NCBI GenBank assembly: GCA_050246755.1
Contig: JBFWVL010000001.1
Coordinates: 320,001-384,000 of the forward strand
Length of the DNA stretch: 64,000 nt
From: Bacteriovoracia bacterium
Lineage (GTDB): Bacteria > Bdellovibrionota > UBA1018 > CAIPTA01
Direction of reading: 5' to 3'
Numbering within the stretch: position 1 is the stretch's first letter; each line of letters opens with the position of its first letter. Shown one piece after another: positions 20,801 to 29,855 of this stretch. The notes beneath the pieces are model-generated. The model was not told the origin of the DNA and made no database searches. It saw nothing but the letters and a program-made list of their open reading frames with translations. Both the position numbers and the translations under genes were made by a program.

Positions 20801-21515
20801 AAAGGCCTTCCAAGGTTAATCGGGGCCGCTGCTGCGTGATCAGGCGCGACCTACCAGTTAAAAATTTCGCGTTGCCCCCGGTGGCAATCACCGCCGCCAG
20901 AGAAGGCAACCTACGCTCTTCCACCATCCGCATCACCATGCCGTCTGCCTGGGCGGCAAACCCGTGGAGTACCCCGCTGCGGATGGCAGTTTCTGTGTTG
21001 TAGCCTACCACGGGAGAAAACTTATCGAGCTCAATCTTGTTTAGCTGAGCGGCATTATTAAGTAAGGCCTCATAGGAAATGGCCATTCCGGGGGCAATGG
21101 CGCCGCCCGGAAAGGAACGCTTCTCAACGCCCTCCAGCAAATCGAATTTCGTGGCCGTGCCGGCATCGATCACGAGCACCGCACCGGGAATATCGGATAC
21201 GGCCTCGAGGTTGGCGAGGCGATCGATGCCCACTTTCTCGGGGCTTTCCACCTCGATGGAAAAACTCCAGGGCGAAGCGTGGGAGGCGAAGTGGACGCTG
21301 GAAGCGCGCGCGGAGAAAAAAGCCTCCCAGGCCGCATTATGCGCGGGAACCACCGAGCCGATCACGGCCTTGGAAATTTTCTCTTCAAAGATGCCGGCGG
21401 CAGCGCCGGAGAAATCGTCGGCCGTGGAGAGCGTGCGCTCCGCCTTCAGCATTCCCTCATCGCCGTAGAGGGCGAGCTTGGTGCGGGTATTGCCGATGTC
21501 CACGATGGCGATCAC
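20778..21515 (-). CDS. coaX: type III pantothenate kinase
   Basis: VDIGNT, GIDR, IDAGTAT, GGAIAPG, ATGG, LTLEGL. Confidence 0.95.
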   Translation of the reverse strand: MIAIVDIGNTRTKLALYGDEGMLKAERTLSTADDFSGAAAGIFEEKISKAVIGSVVPAHNAAWEAFFSARASSVHFASHASPWSFSIEVESPEKVGIDRLANLEAVSDIPGAVLVIDAGTATKFDLLEGVEKRSFPGGAIAPGMAISYEALLNNAAQLNKIELDKFSPVVGYNTETAIRSGVLHGFAAQADGMVMRMVEERRLPSLAAVIATGGNAKFLTGRSRLITQQRPRLTLEGLYALARKI

Positions 21516-22327
21516 TGCGAGAGCTCCGCTCCAGGGGAAGAAACCGTTTTGGTCTCGCGCACGAAATCCTCGGCGGCTTCCTTCACCAGGGCCTTCAGAT
21601 CGAGGCGGGGCTTGGCGAACTTGGGGGCTTTACCCGGGCTGAATCCCAACACATCGTTGATCACGAGCACTTCTCCGTCGCAAACTTTACCGGAGCCGAT
21701 GCCGATCGTGAGGCAGGAAACGGATTCGGTGATCACCCGCGCGAGCTGCTCGGTGATGCACTCGAGCACGATCGCAAAACATCCGGCGGCCTCGAGGGCT
21801 TTGGCTTCGCGCACGAGGCGCTCGGCGTCGGATTCGGTTTTGCCGTGAGTATAGTAGCCGCCCATCTGGTGCACAGATTGGGGCGTGAGGCCGATATGCC
21901 CCATCACCGGAATGCCCGCGTTCACGAGGCGGCGGATGGTTTCGCAAACTTCGGGGTAAGCGCCCTCGAGCTTCACGCCCTGGGCGCCGGCTTCGGCCAG
22001 GCAGCGCCCGGCGTTGCGGAGGGCTTCGTCGCCGTTCACTTGGTAGGTCATGAAGGGCAGATCTGCGATCACGAAGGCTTTCTTCGAGCCGCGCACCACG
22101 GCGCCGGTATGGGCGAGCATCATGTCCATCGTTACGGGCAAGGTGCTCTCATAGCCGTAGACTACGTTGCCGAAGGAATCTCCCACGAGCAGGATCTCCA
22201 CGCCGGCCTCATCGAGGCACTGGGCGGTGACTACGTCGTAGGCCGTGAGCATGGCCACGCGCTCTTTATTTTTTTTCGCGCCGAGGGTGCGCAGGGTATG
22301 GCGGCGGATTTCGGTTTGTACGCTCAT
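21512..22327 (-). CDS. panB: 3-methyl-2-oxobutanoate hydroxymethyltransferase
   Basis: MLTAYD, LVGDS, ADLPF, VKLEG, GHIGLTPQS. Confidence 0.98.
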   Translation of the reverse strand: MSVQTEIRRHTLRTLGAKKNKERVAMLTAYDVVTAQCLDEAGVEILLVGDSFGNVVYGYESTLPVTMDMMLAHTGAVVRGSKKAFVIADLPFMTYQVNGDEALRNAGRCLAEAGAQGVKLEGAYPEVCETIRRLVNAGIPVMGHIGLTPQSVHQMGGYYTHGKTESDAERLVREAKALEAAGCFAIVLECITEQLARVITESVSCLTIGIGSGKVCDGEVLVINDVLGFSPGKAPKFAKPRLDLKALVKEAAEDFVRETKTVSSPGAELSQ

Positions 22328-23211
22328 GGCTGCACCTCGGAGAGAGATTGCACGAGATCGCGCTTGGCGATATGCGCGCCCAGGCGCTCGGCGAAACCGC
22401 CGTTCTCGATCTCACGCCATAGCGCTTCGGTGCGCACTTCGAGCTCGGCGGTGGGAAGGATCACTTCAGCGGCCTGCTGGCCTCCGTAGTAGGCGGCGGA
22501 GGAAACTTTCTTCAGCATTCCTTCCACGCCGTGCTCCACCATCATATCGGTGATTAGCTTCAGCTCGTTCAGGCATTCGTAGGTGGCCAACTCTTTATTG
22601 ATGCCTTTGCCCACCAGGAAATCGATGGTTTGCGTCACGAGCTTGGGCACCGCTCCGCAAAGGATCACTTGTTCGCTCAGTAAATCCGTTTTCGCTTCTT
22701 CCCCGAAGGTGGAGCGAATGAGCCCGATGCGGGAGAGGCCGAGCCCGTCGGCCACGTCTTTGGCGATTTCCCAGGCCTTGCCCGAGCCGTCTTGCTCCAC
22801 TCCAAGCACGCCCATCACCCCGGAACCAGCCACATACGTTTCCCGTAATTTTTGACCAATCCCCTTGGGAGCCACGAGCACGAGATCGTCGGAAGCGCTC
22901 ACCGGCAGCTTGCCAAAAGTAACGGCGAATCCATGAGCAAAGAGAAATTGTCTTCCACTCCCCCCCTCTAAATAACGGCGAAAAAAGCTGGGAATGGCTT
23001 CATCGGGGGTTAGGAGCGCAATTGGCCCCGAAATAGAACGTAGGTCTTCAGCGGAAACTACGTTGAATCCGTCTAACTTTGCTTGAGCGATTCCCTTACC
23101 TTCCAGCCTGCCGGAAACCACTACGTTCCACCCAGAATCCCGCAGGTTAGCCGCCCAGGCTCTGCCTTGATTTCCGTATCCCACTAGAGTAATTTGACGC
23201 TTGTTGGCCAT
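22324..23211 (-). CDS. ilvC: short ketol-acid reductoisomerase-like protein, probably acting as ketopantoate reductase
   Basis: GYGNQG, FAHGF, VAPKG, TDLLSEQ..LCG, YECLNELKLI; first gene of the pan/coa operon. Confidence 0.8.
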   Translation of the reverse strand: MANKRQITLVGYGNQGRAWAANLRDSGWNVVVSGRLEGKGIAQAKLDGFNVVSAEDLRSISGPIALLTPDEAIPSFFRRYLEGGSGRQFLFAHGFAVTFGKLPVSASDDLVLVAPKGIGQKLRETYVAGSGVMGVLGVEQDGSGKAWEIAKDVADGLGLSRIGLIRSTFGEEAKTDLLSEQVILCGAVPKLVTQTIDFLVGKGINKELATYECLNELKLITDMMVEHGVEGMLKKVSSAAYYGGQQAAEVILPTAELEVRTEALWREIENGGFAERLGAHIAKRDLVQSLSEVQP

Positions 23212-23253
23212 AAATAGAGCTCCGCGTAAGGACTGCTTGTACCAGGGAAAGTT

Positions 23254-23661
23254 ATGCTCCTCAACTTACTCAAAGCCAAGATCCATCGTGCCCAAATAAC
23301 CGAGGCTAACCTCGCTTATGAGGGTAGCATCACCATCGATAAAACGATCATGGAAGCGGCCGGCATTTATGCCCATGAGCAGGTGCATATCGTGGACGTG
23401 GACAACGGATCCCGCTTCGTGACTTACGTGATCGAAGGCACCCCTGGCTCGGGCGTAATGTGCGTAAACGGTGCCGCGGCCCGTTTGGTGAGCCCTGGCG
23501 ACAAAATCATCATCATTTCCTACGCCCAATTCACCAAAGAAGAGGCCCGCGAGCATCGCCCCCGGGTAGTTCTCATGGGCGAGAAAAACTCGGTAAAAGA
23601 CGCCTACGACCTCCGCCCCGGCGTTCCCATCGATCCAGGACAGCCCCTGTCCCGTGTCTAA
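23254..23661 (+). CDS. panD: aspartate 1-decarboxylase
   Basis: KAKIHRA, YEGSITID (G-S autocleavage site), NGAAAR. Confidence 0.97.
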   Translation: MLLNLLKAKIHRAQITEANLAYEGSITIDKTIMEAAGIYAHEQVHIVDVDNGSRFVTYVIEGTPGSGVMCVNGAAARLVSPGDKIIIISYAQFTKEEAREHRPRVVLMGEKNSVKDAYDLRPGVPIDPGQPLSRV

Positions 23662-25195
23662 ACCAATCCTTCCCTGGAATACGCTCCAGCTCGACGGGGA
23701 GCTTTCCCTCTTGGAGCAGGACCGCATATCCCATTCCGAAGACGCCTCCGTGCACCGCCTCGTGCCTGCCGCGGTAGCCTACCCCCGTACGAAACGAGAT
23801 CTCGAGCGTATCCTCGCCTTCTGCCGCCTCCATTCTCTCCCCCTCCACGGCTGGGGTGCCGGAACCAGCCGTGGAGGCCAGCCCCTGGGAAACGGCCTCA
23901 CGGTGGATTTCCGCAAATATTTCCACCATATCCTCGGCTTCGACGAAGCCTCGCAGGAGCTCACGGTGGAAAGCGGCGCCCTCTATTCCGAAGTGCAAAA
24001 ATACCTGCGCGCCCGCGGCCGGTCTTTCCCGCCCGATCCCTCCTACCACCAGTGCACGATCGGCGGCATGGTGGCCAATAATGCCGCCGGCATTCACTCC
24101 GTAAAATACGGCGGCACCGCCTCCTATATCGCGGCGATGGAATTTCTCACCAGCGACGGCGCCTGGCACCAAAGCGACCAGCCCGATGCGCTCACGGAAA
24201 AAGTGCAGGTTTTTCTCAAGAAAAATTCTTTTTCGGATTATCCGGCCGTGGAAAAAAATTCCGCGGGCTATGCCCTGAACCGCGGCCTCTCGGCGCAAGG
24301 CTACCTTGATCTAGCCCAGCTTCTCACCGGCAGCGAGGGGACGCTTGGCCTCTTTACGGAAATCCGCCTGCGCACGGTACCGCTCCCGACCGCCTCCTCC
24401 TTGGGCATCCTCTATTTTGAAAGCCTGGAATCCGCGTGCCGGGCCGCTATGGATCTACGAAGTTATGAAATTTCGGCCTGTGAGCTCGTGGATAAAGTGC
24501 TTTTGGACCTGCACGCGGCCGCCACTTCGGAACCAAAGCACGCGAAGAAAATTTCCGGAAATACCTTCCTCGATCTGTTCTACGAGAAAAAAGCGGAAGC
24601 GATTCTGGTGGTGGAAATAGAGGGAGGCTCTACTTCCGCAGCGGAAAAAACACTGCGTCAAGCGCTGGGTTCCGTGACTTCCCTCGATTCCCGCATCGCC
24701 CAGTCCCCCAAAGAATCCGCCCTGATCTGGGACCTGCGCCGCCATACCTCCCCCATTTTGAACCGCCTCGAAAATGGAAAGATCACCATCAAGCCTCTTT
24801 GGGCGGTAGAAGACGTTTCCTTGCCCAAGGAAAACTTCCTCCCTTACCTCACCGCGCAAAAGGCCCTCTTCACCAAACATGGCCTAACCTGCTCCTTCTT
24901 CGGCCACGCCGCGAGCTGCAATCTGCATATCGATCCCATTGGGATCGATCCGCGTTTGGCACTCCAAAACGAAGAACTGGCGGCGCTATTTGATTTGGTG
25001 GCAGAGGAAAGCTACGAGCTCGTGGTGCGCTTCGGGGGCAGCATCAGCGGTGAGCACGGCGATGGTATTGCCCGCACCCCTTTCCTCAAACTCCAGTATC
25101 CAAGCAGCCACCGCTTATTCGGCCCCTTCAAGGCGCTCTTCGATCCATCTGGTATACTGAATCCAGGCAAGATCGTGGAGGTTCCGCATGCATGA
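23654..25195 (+). CDS. FAD-linked oxidase (GlcD/D-lactate dehydrogenase family)
   Basis: GAGTS.GG, CTIGGMVANNAAG, GSEGTLG, GEHGDG, LNPGK. Confidence 0.88.
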   Translation: MSKPILPWNTLQLDGELSLLEQDRISHSEDASVHRLVPAAVAYPRTKRDLERILAFCRLHSLPLHGWGAGTSRGGQPLGNGLTVDFRKYFHHILGFDEASQELTVESGALYSEVQKYLRARGRSFPPDPSYHQCTIGGMVANNAAGIHSVKYGGTASYIAAMEFLTSDGAWHQSDQPDALTEKVQVFLKKNSFSDYPAVEKNSAGYALNRGLSAQGYLDLAQLLTGSEGTLGLFTEIRLRTVPLPTASSLGILYFESLESACRAAMDLRSYEISACELVDKVLLDLHAAATSEPKHAKKISGNTFLDLFYEKKAEAILVVEIEGGSTSAAEKTLRQALGSVTSLDSRIAQSPKESALIWDLRRHTSPILNRLENGKITIKPLWAVEDVSLPKENFLPYLTAQKALFTKHGLTCSFFGHAASCNLHIDPIGIDPRLALQNEELAALFDLVAEESYELVVRFGGSISGEHGDGIARTPFLKLQYPSSHRLFGPFKALFDPSGILNPGKIVEVPHA

Positions 25196-26261
25196 GTATT
25201 TTCCCTACGTGGCACTCGCCGTGATCGTGGGCACTCTCTGGGCATTCCGCCGTGGAAACGGCGTGCAGGCCGAGCTCCATCACCTGCGCGAAGAAGTGAG
25301 CCGCGCCCTCGCCGAGAATTCCCGGCAGAACCTCGAGCAGGTGGCCCTGCTCGCCACTCAGCTCAACGATCGAATGAAGGAAGCCAACGCTACCTTGCAG
25401 CATACCCAGAGCAACGTGGGCCATCGCCTCGATACCACCGCCCAGGTAGTGGGCCAGCTCCACCAGAAGCTCGGGCAACTCGAGGAGTCTTCCAAACAGA
25501 TTTTTCAGCTCGGCCAGGGCCTCCAGGACCTCAAAGATATTTTAAAAAACCCCAAGCTCCGCGGGAATATGGGCGAGTTCTTCCTCGAAGATTTGCTGCG
25601 TCAGATCCTCCCGCCCGACCACTATAAAATCCAGCATGCCTTCCGCAGCGGGGAGATCGTGGATGCCACCATTCGCCTGGGAGAAGCTTTTCTCTCCGTG
25701 GATTCCAAATTTCCCCTCGAAAGCTTCGTGCGCCTGGTGCAACTCCCCGACGGCGACGAAAATAAAAAACGCGAGCGCAAGGCCTTCGTGACCGCCATCA
25801 AGCGCCACGCCGACGCGATCGCCAAAAAATACATCCTGCCCGACGAGGGCACCTTCGATTTTGCCTTGATGTATATCCCGGCCGAAAATGTTTATTACGA
25901 AACCATCATCCGCGAGGAGCTGCTCGACGACGAAGGCTCGCTCTATTCTTATTTGCTCGGAAAAAAAGTGGTGCCGGTATCGCCCAATTCTCTCTACGCT
26001 TATTTACAAGTGATCGTGCTTGGGCTGCGCGGCCTGAAAGTGCAGGAACATGCCCAGCAAATGATGCTTGATCTGCAGCGCATCGAGGGAGACCTCGGAC
26101 GTTTCCGCGAAGATTACTCGGTGCTCGGCAAACATCTCAAAAATGCTGGGGGCACCTACGACGAAGGCGCCAAACGCCTGGACCGTTTTCAGGGAAAACT
26201 CGGCATGCTCACCGAAGTGGGCGGAGTTCCCAAAAAGGAGGAAATTCATGGATCTCTATAG
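25188..26261 (+). CDS. rmuC: DNA recombination protein RmuC
   Basis: N-terminal TM and coiled coil; RGNMGE, VDSKFP, KYI, DFALMYIPAE, VSP. Confidence 0.92.
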   Translation: MHEYFPYVALAVIVGTLWAFRRGNGVQAELHHLREEVSRALAENSRQNLEQVALLATQLNDRMKEANATLQHTQSNVGHRLDTTAQVVGQLHQKLGQLEESSKQIFQLGQGLQDLKDILKNPKLRGNMGEFFLEDLLRQILPPDHYKIQHAFRSGEIVDATIRLGEAFLSVDSKFPLESFVRLVQLPDGDENKKRERKAFVTAIKRHADAIAKKYILPDEGTFDFALMYIPAENVYYETIIREELLDDEGSLYSYLLGKKVVPVSPNSLYAYLQVIVLGLRGLKVQEHAQQMMLDLQRIEGDLGRFREDYSVLGKHLKNAGGTYDEGAKRLDRFQGKLGMLTEVGGVPKKEEIHGSL

Positions 26262-26649
26262 CCGCAACTGGTTCCGCGCCCTCTCCTGGCTCTTGGTGCT
26301 CGCCTATATGGGTCTCATCTTCTGGCTGAGCTCGCTCACGGTTCTTCCCGTGGCCATGCGTTTTCCCTACGAGGATAAATTCATCCACGCCGCCGCCTAC
26401 GCGGTAATGGGTTTTCTCGCGGCCAACGCGTTCAGCGAGGGCCCGCATAAAAAGCGTTTCTGGCTGGCCTTCATGGTGGCGTCTCTGTACGGAATCAGCG
26501 ATGAGATCCACCAGGCCTTCGTTCCCGGCCGCGACGCTTCCGTGTGGGACTGGTGCGCCGATACCACCGGCGCCTGGATGGGGGCCTACCTCTATTTAAA
26601 GAGCGAACCGGTATGGCGCAAAAGCAAGCGAAACCCGCTACCGCGTTAG
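26248..26649 (+). CDS. VanZ-family membrane protein
   Basis: DKFIHAAAY, YGISDEIHQAFVPGR, DW.AD; AGGAGG RBS before ATG 26248. Confidence 0.9.
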   Translation: MDLYSRNWFRALSWLLVLAYMGLIFWLSSLTVLPVAMRFPYEDKFIHAAAYAVMGFLAANAFSEGPHKKRFWLAFMVASLYGISDEIHQAFVPGRDASVWDWCADTTGAWMGAYLYLKSEPVWRKSKRNPLPR

Positions 26650-26680
26650 GCGCGCTAATCCTGCCAATATCTCAAATTCA

Positions 26681-26708
26681 TTAAGCTTCTTTAGCTTTTC
26701 ACCGAAGA
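26681..26708 (+). promoter_or_regulatory. candidate sigma28 (FliA-like) promoter
   Basis: TTAA-N16-ACCGAAGA upstream of 26728. Confidence 0.4.
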
Positions 26709-26727
26709 GAAAGCTGGAGGATTTTCC

Positions 26728-27069
26728 ATGCGTGCTCTCATCCTATTTTTGTTTTTGGTGATCGCCCTGCCGCTTCACGCGGAAGCCAAAACCGAAAAGA
26801 AAATCAATCTCAAGCCTCAGCACGGTAAATCGGAAGATCCCGGATCCGCCACTCACCTGATCTACGAAAGCCCGAAGAATTCCGAAAAAGCCTCCGAAGT
26901 GGACGGAAAAGGAAAAATCGTGGCCGGCCAAAACTGCACGGACCAGCTCGGGATGATTTATAAAAAAGGCGATAACGGCTACGAAGGCTGCCTCCGCACC
27001 ATGGACGCCGCGAGACCAGAATCCAGCGATCAGCGCCGCAAGAGCGTGGGCATCACCATCGGAAGATAA
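26728..27069 (+). CDS. small secreted hypothetical protein
   Basis: GGAGG RBS, signal peptide, a Cys pair. Confidence 0.75.
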   Translation: MRALILFLFLVIALPLHAEAKTEKKINLKPQHGKSEDPGSATHLIYESPKNSEKASEVDGKGKIVAGQNCTDQLGMIYKKGDNGYEGCLRTMDAARPESSDQRRKSVGITIGR

Positions 27070-27070
27070 A

Positions 27071-29035
27071 ATGAAACTCAAACCTCTCACCACCGCCGCG
27101 ATCTCTTCCTTCTTGCTTTCGGCCTCTGCCGGCACGACCTCCGCCGCCCCCGAAGCCGCAAAAAAAGCGGAATTCAATATCTGCTATTTTTCGCTGAATA
27201 AATCCGACGAGTACGATCTCACCAAGAGCTTCATGAACAAGCTCAACGCCAACTCGGCGGTGAAGATCAACGTGATCGAGTTCCAGCCCGATAAAGACAC
27301 CATCGCCAATAAAAAAGAAGCAATCCCCAATACCGCCTTCCGCAAGATGGTGGAGAGCGGAACGAAGTGCGAAGGCCTCGTGATCTCGGGCCACCATACC
27401 GGATCCTACGGAGGCAAGCGGGCCTACGATAAGCAGCGCCTCGAGATGGACGTGATGGAAGCTCTTTCCTGCGATCCCAAACACGCCGATTTTTTTCGCA
27501 ATATCAACGCCGTTTGGCTCGAAGGCTGCCGCACCTTAGGCGTGGGCACGATCGTGGCCGGGCAAGAAGGCGATGAGCGGTTCAATCCCGACCACCACAC
27601 GAACCGCGTGGGCGGAGTGCTCGACGACGATCAGCTCGGGCAAAACTACGCCCAGCTCAACAACGAATTCACCAATACCCTCGACCAGGATAATCCCCTC
27701 TCTTCGCGTTACCTTCGCCTCTTTCCCTCGGCCAAGCTTTTCGGCTGGACCCAGACCGCTCCCGGCGAAAAAGCCAATAGCCAGTACTCAATGCTTTTCC
27801 ACATCGCGCACATGTCGCGGATCCTAGACGCGCAAAACGATTTTCCTAAGGAATCCCCTTTGTCTCCCACGATCACCGCCGATTCCGCCGCCCGCTATAT
27901 GGATGGGGTGCTCCTCGCGCTCGCGCGCTTCGGCAAGGAAGAACAGAAATGCGAAGAGCTCTCCACCACCGCCTGGATCGCCCACGGCACTAAGGGAAAG
28001 CTCAACGACCGCTACGCCTTCGATAATCCAGACCTAACCGCCTTCACCCCTCTCAGCTCCTCGGGCAATGAGGCCGTGCAAACCATGAAGGGCCTCGACT
28101 GCCAGCTCAAAGCCGCCGGCCGCAGCGCGGACATGGGCAAGCTGAACGCCGTGCTCGACGTGCTCAATGCGCGCCCCGAGCTCTTGCCCTACGCGTTCAA
28201 TTCCCTCGTGGACCTGCGCAATCAGGCCCTCAAGCAAGCCGCCGTGGACAAAAGCGAGGACGGCCGCAAGAAGAAGAGCCAATTCGCCCAGGCCATTCTC
28301 GACCGAATGAAAACCCACCCCACGGTGAAAACTTTCCTCGAGACCAAAATCGCTTCCAAGCAGCTGGGCGTGATGCGCAAGATCGACTACTACAAATTCT
28401 ATAACAGCATGACCGGCAAAACCGTGCCGGCCGTGCAGACCGAAATCGAAGCCCGTATTCTCGACGAGCTCAAAAAGCCCCTGCCCCGCACTTCCCAGAC
28501 CTCGCGCATGCTCGCGCGCAGCTACCGTAGGATGATGCTGGAATCGGGTTTAAAAAATAAATTGCTCAGCCCCGGGATCGCCGAATCGATTCTCGCCCTG
28601 AATCCCGAATACGACGTGCTCGAAGCTATGGCAAAATTGATCAACTTCATCCCATCCGACGATAAAGTGGCTCTCTTGGCCCGCCTGGCTTCTTTTCCCC
28701 AGGCCAATAAGATCGTGGCGGGAGAAGTGCTGACGGCCATTCATAATATTCTCGGCGACACTTCTCGCTACCAGAGTTATTACAATTCGCTTTGGGTGCC
28801 GCTGAAGAACGTCGACGACTACTGGCACGGGGAAATTCACGAAGATAATGGCACCGTAACCCCCGCCACTCCCCTCACCGCCATCCCGCCCGCGGGATCT
28901 ATCGGGGGACCTCCCGGAGTATTGGGCGCCGCGCCGGTACCCGTGCCCCGTAAACCGGGCCAGCCGGCTCCTCCTCCCGCGCCGGTGGAAACTAATCCCG
29001 TGGAAGACTTCTTCCGCAATATCTTCGGCCGTTAA
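27071..29035 (+). CDS. large secreted protein with a possible caspase-like (clan CD) His/Cys dyad
   Basis: Signal peptide; LVISGHH...VWLEGC motifs; helical middle region; Pro-rich tail. Confidence 0.75.
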   Translation: MKLKPLTTAAISSFLLSASAGTTSAAPEAAKKAEFNICYFSLNKSDEYDLTKSFMNKLNANSAVKINVIEFQPDKDTIANKKEAIPNTAFRKMVESGTKCEGLVISGHHTGSYGGKRAYDKQRLEMDVMEALSCDPKHADFFRNINAVWLEGCRTLGVGTIVAGQEGDERFNPDHHTNRVGGVLDDDQLGQNYAQLNNEFTNTLDQDNPLSSRYLRLFPSAKLFGWTQTAPGEKANSQYSMLFHIAHMSRILDAQNDFPKESPLSPTITADSAARYMDGVLLALARFGKEEQKCEELSTTAWIAHGTKGKLNDRYAFDNPDLTAFTPLSSSGNEAVQTMKGLDCQLKAAGRSADMGKLNAVLDVLNARPELLPYAFNSLVDLRNQALKQAAVDKSEDGRKKKSQFAQAILDRMKTHPTVKTFLETKIASKQLGVMRKIDYYKFYNSMTGKTVPAVQTEIEARILDELKKPLPRTSQTSRMLARSYRRMMLESGLKNKLLSPGIAESILALNPEYDVLEAMAKLINFIPSDDKVALLARLASFPQANKIVAGEVLTAIHNILGDTSRYQSYYNSLWVPLKNVDDYWHGEIHEDNGTVTPATPLTAIPPAGSIGGPPGVLGAAPVPVPRKPGQPAPPPAPVETNPVEDFFRNIFGR

Positions 29036-29097
29036 CGCGGCCGTTTAACCTAGGCGCGTATTGATTTCATTTAGGCAGGCGCAGTATTGTCTCGGCC

Positions 29098-29793
29098 ATG
29101 ATTACCATTCGTAAATCCAATGAACGCGGCCACGCCAACCACGGCTGGCTGGACTCCCACCACACCTTTTCCTTCGCGGATTACTACGATCCCCAGCATA
29201 TGGGCTATAGCGTGCTCCGCGTGATCAACGAGGATCATATCGCCGCCGGGCAAGGCTTCGGCACCCACGGCCACCGCGATATGGAAATCATCACCTACGT
29301 GATCGAAGGCTCGCTCAAGCACAAGGACAGCATGGGTAATTCTGAAGTGATCCGCCCCGGAGAAGTGCAGCGCATGAGCGCGGGCACCGGCGTGCAGCAT
29401 TCCGAGCATAGCGACCCCAGCGTGAGCACCCACCTGCTCCAAATCTGGATCCTGCCCGAGAAACTCGGCGTGGCACCGAGCTACGAGCAAAAGCAATTCG
29501 CCAACGATTTTTCCTGCAGCGATATGATTCTCGTGGCTTCCCGTTCGGGCCGCGCCAATTCAGTTACGCTAAACCAAGACGTGGACCTATACGTGGCCAA
29601 GGCCCAGGCCGAAGGCGAGAAACATTTGAAAACCTTCCCCCACCGCCACTTGTGGATTCAAGTGGTGAGCGGAGAGGTGCGCGCGGAAGGCGCCACTCTG
29701 GGAAAAGGCGACGGCGCGGCGATCACGGGCGTGGAGATGCTCGTGATCCAGTGGACGAAGGGTTCCGAGTTTCTCGTGTTTGATATGCCGTAA
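29098..29793 (+). CDS. pirin-family protein (YhhW-like)
   Basis: GWLDSHHTFSFA.YYDP, GFGTHGHRDMEI, MSAGTGVQHSE, LQIW. Confidence 0.95.
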   Translation: MITIRKSNERGHANHGWLDSHHTFSFADYYDPQHMGYSVLRVINEDHIAAGQGFGTHGHRDMEIITYVIEGSLKHKDSMGNSEVIRPGEVQRMSAGTGVQHSEHSDPSVSTHLLQIWILPEKLGVAPSYEQKQFANDFSCSDMILVASRSGRANSVTLNQDVDLYVAKAQAEGEKHLKTFPHRHLWIQVVSGEVRAEGATLGKGDGAAITGVEMLVIQWTKGSEFLVFDMP

Positions 29794-29855
29794 ATTTGCG
29801 GCGCCGCAAAACTTGTTCGTTTTCCGAACGCTACCTCCGACGTCGGAGGTAAAAA

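Noticed and set aside
26248-26649. VanZ as a glycopeptide resistance locus
   Set aside because: It is a generic VanZ-like membrane protein with no other van genes.
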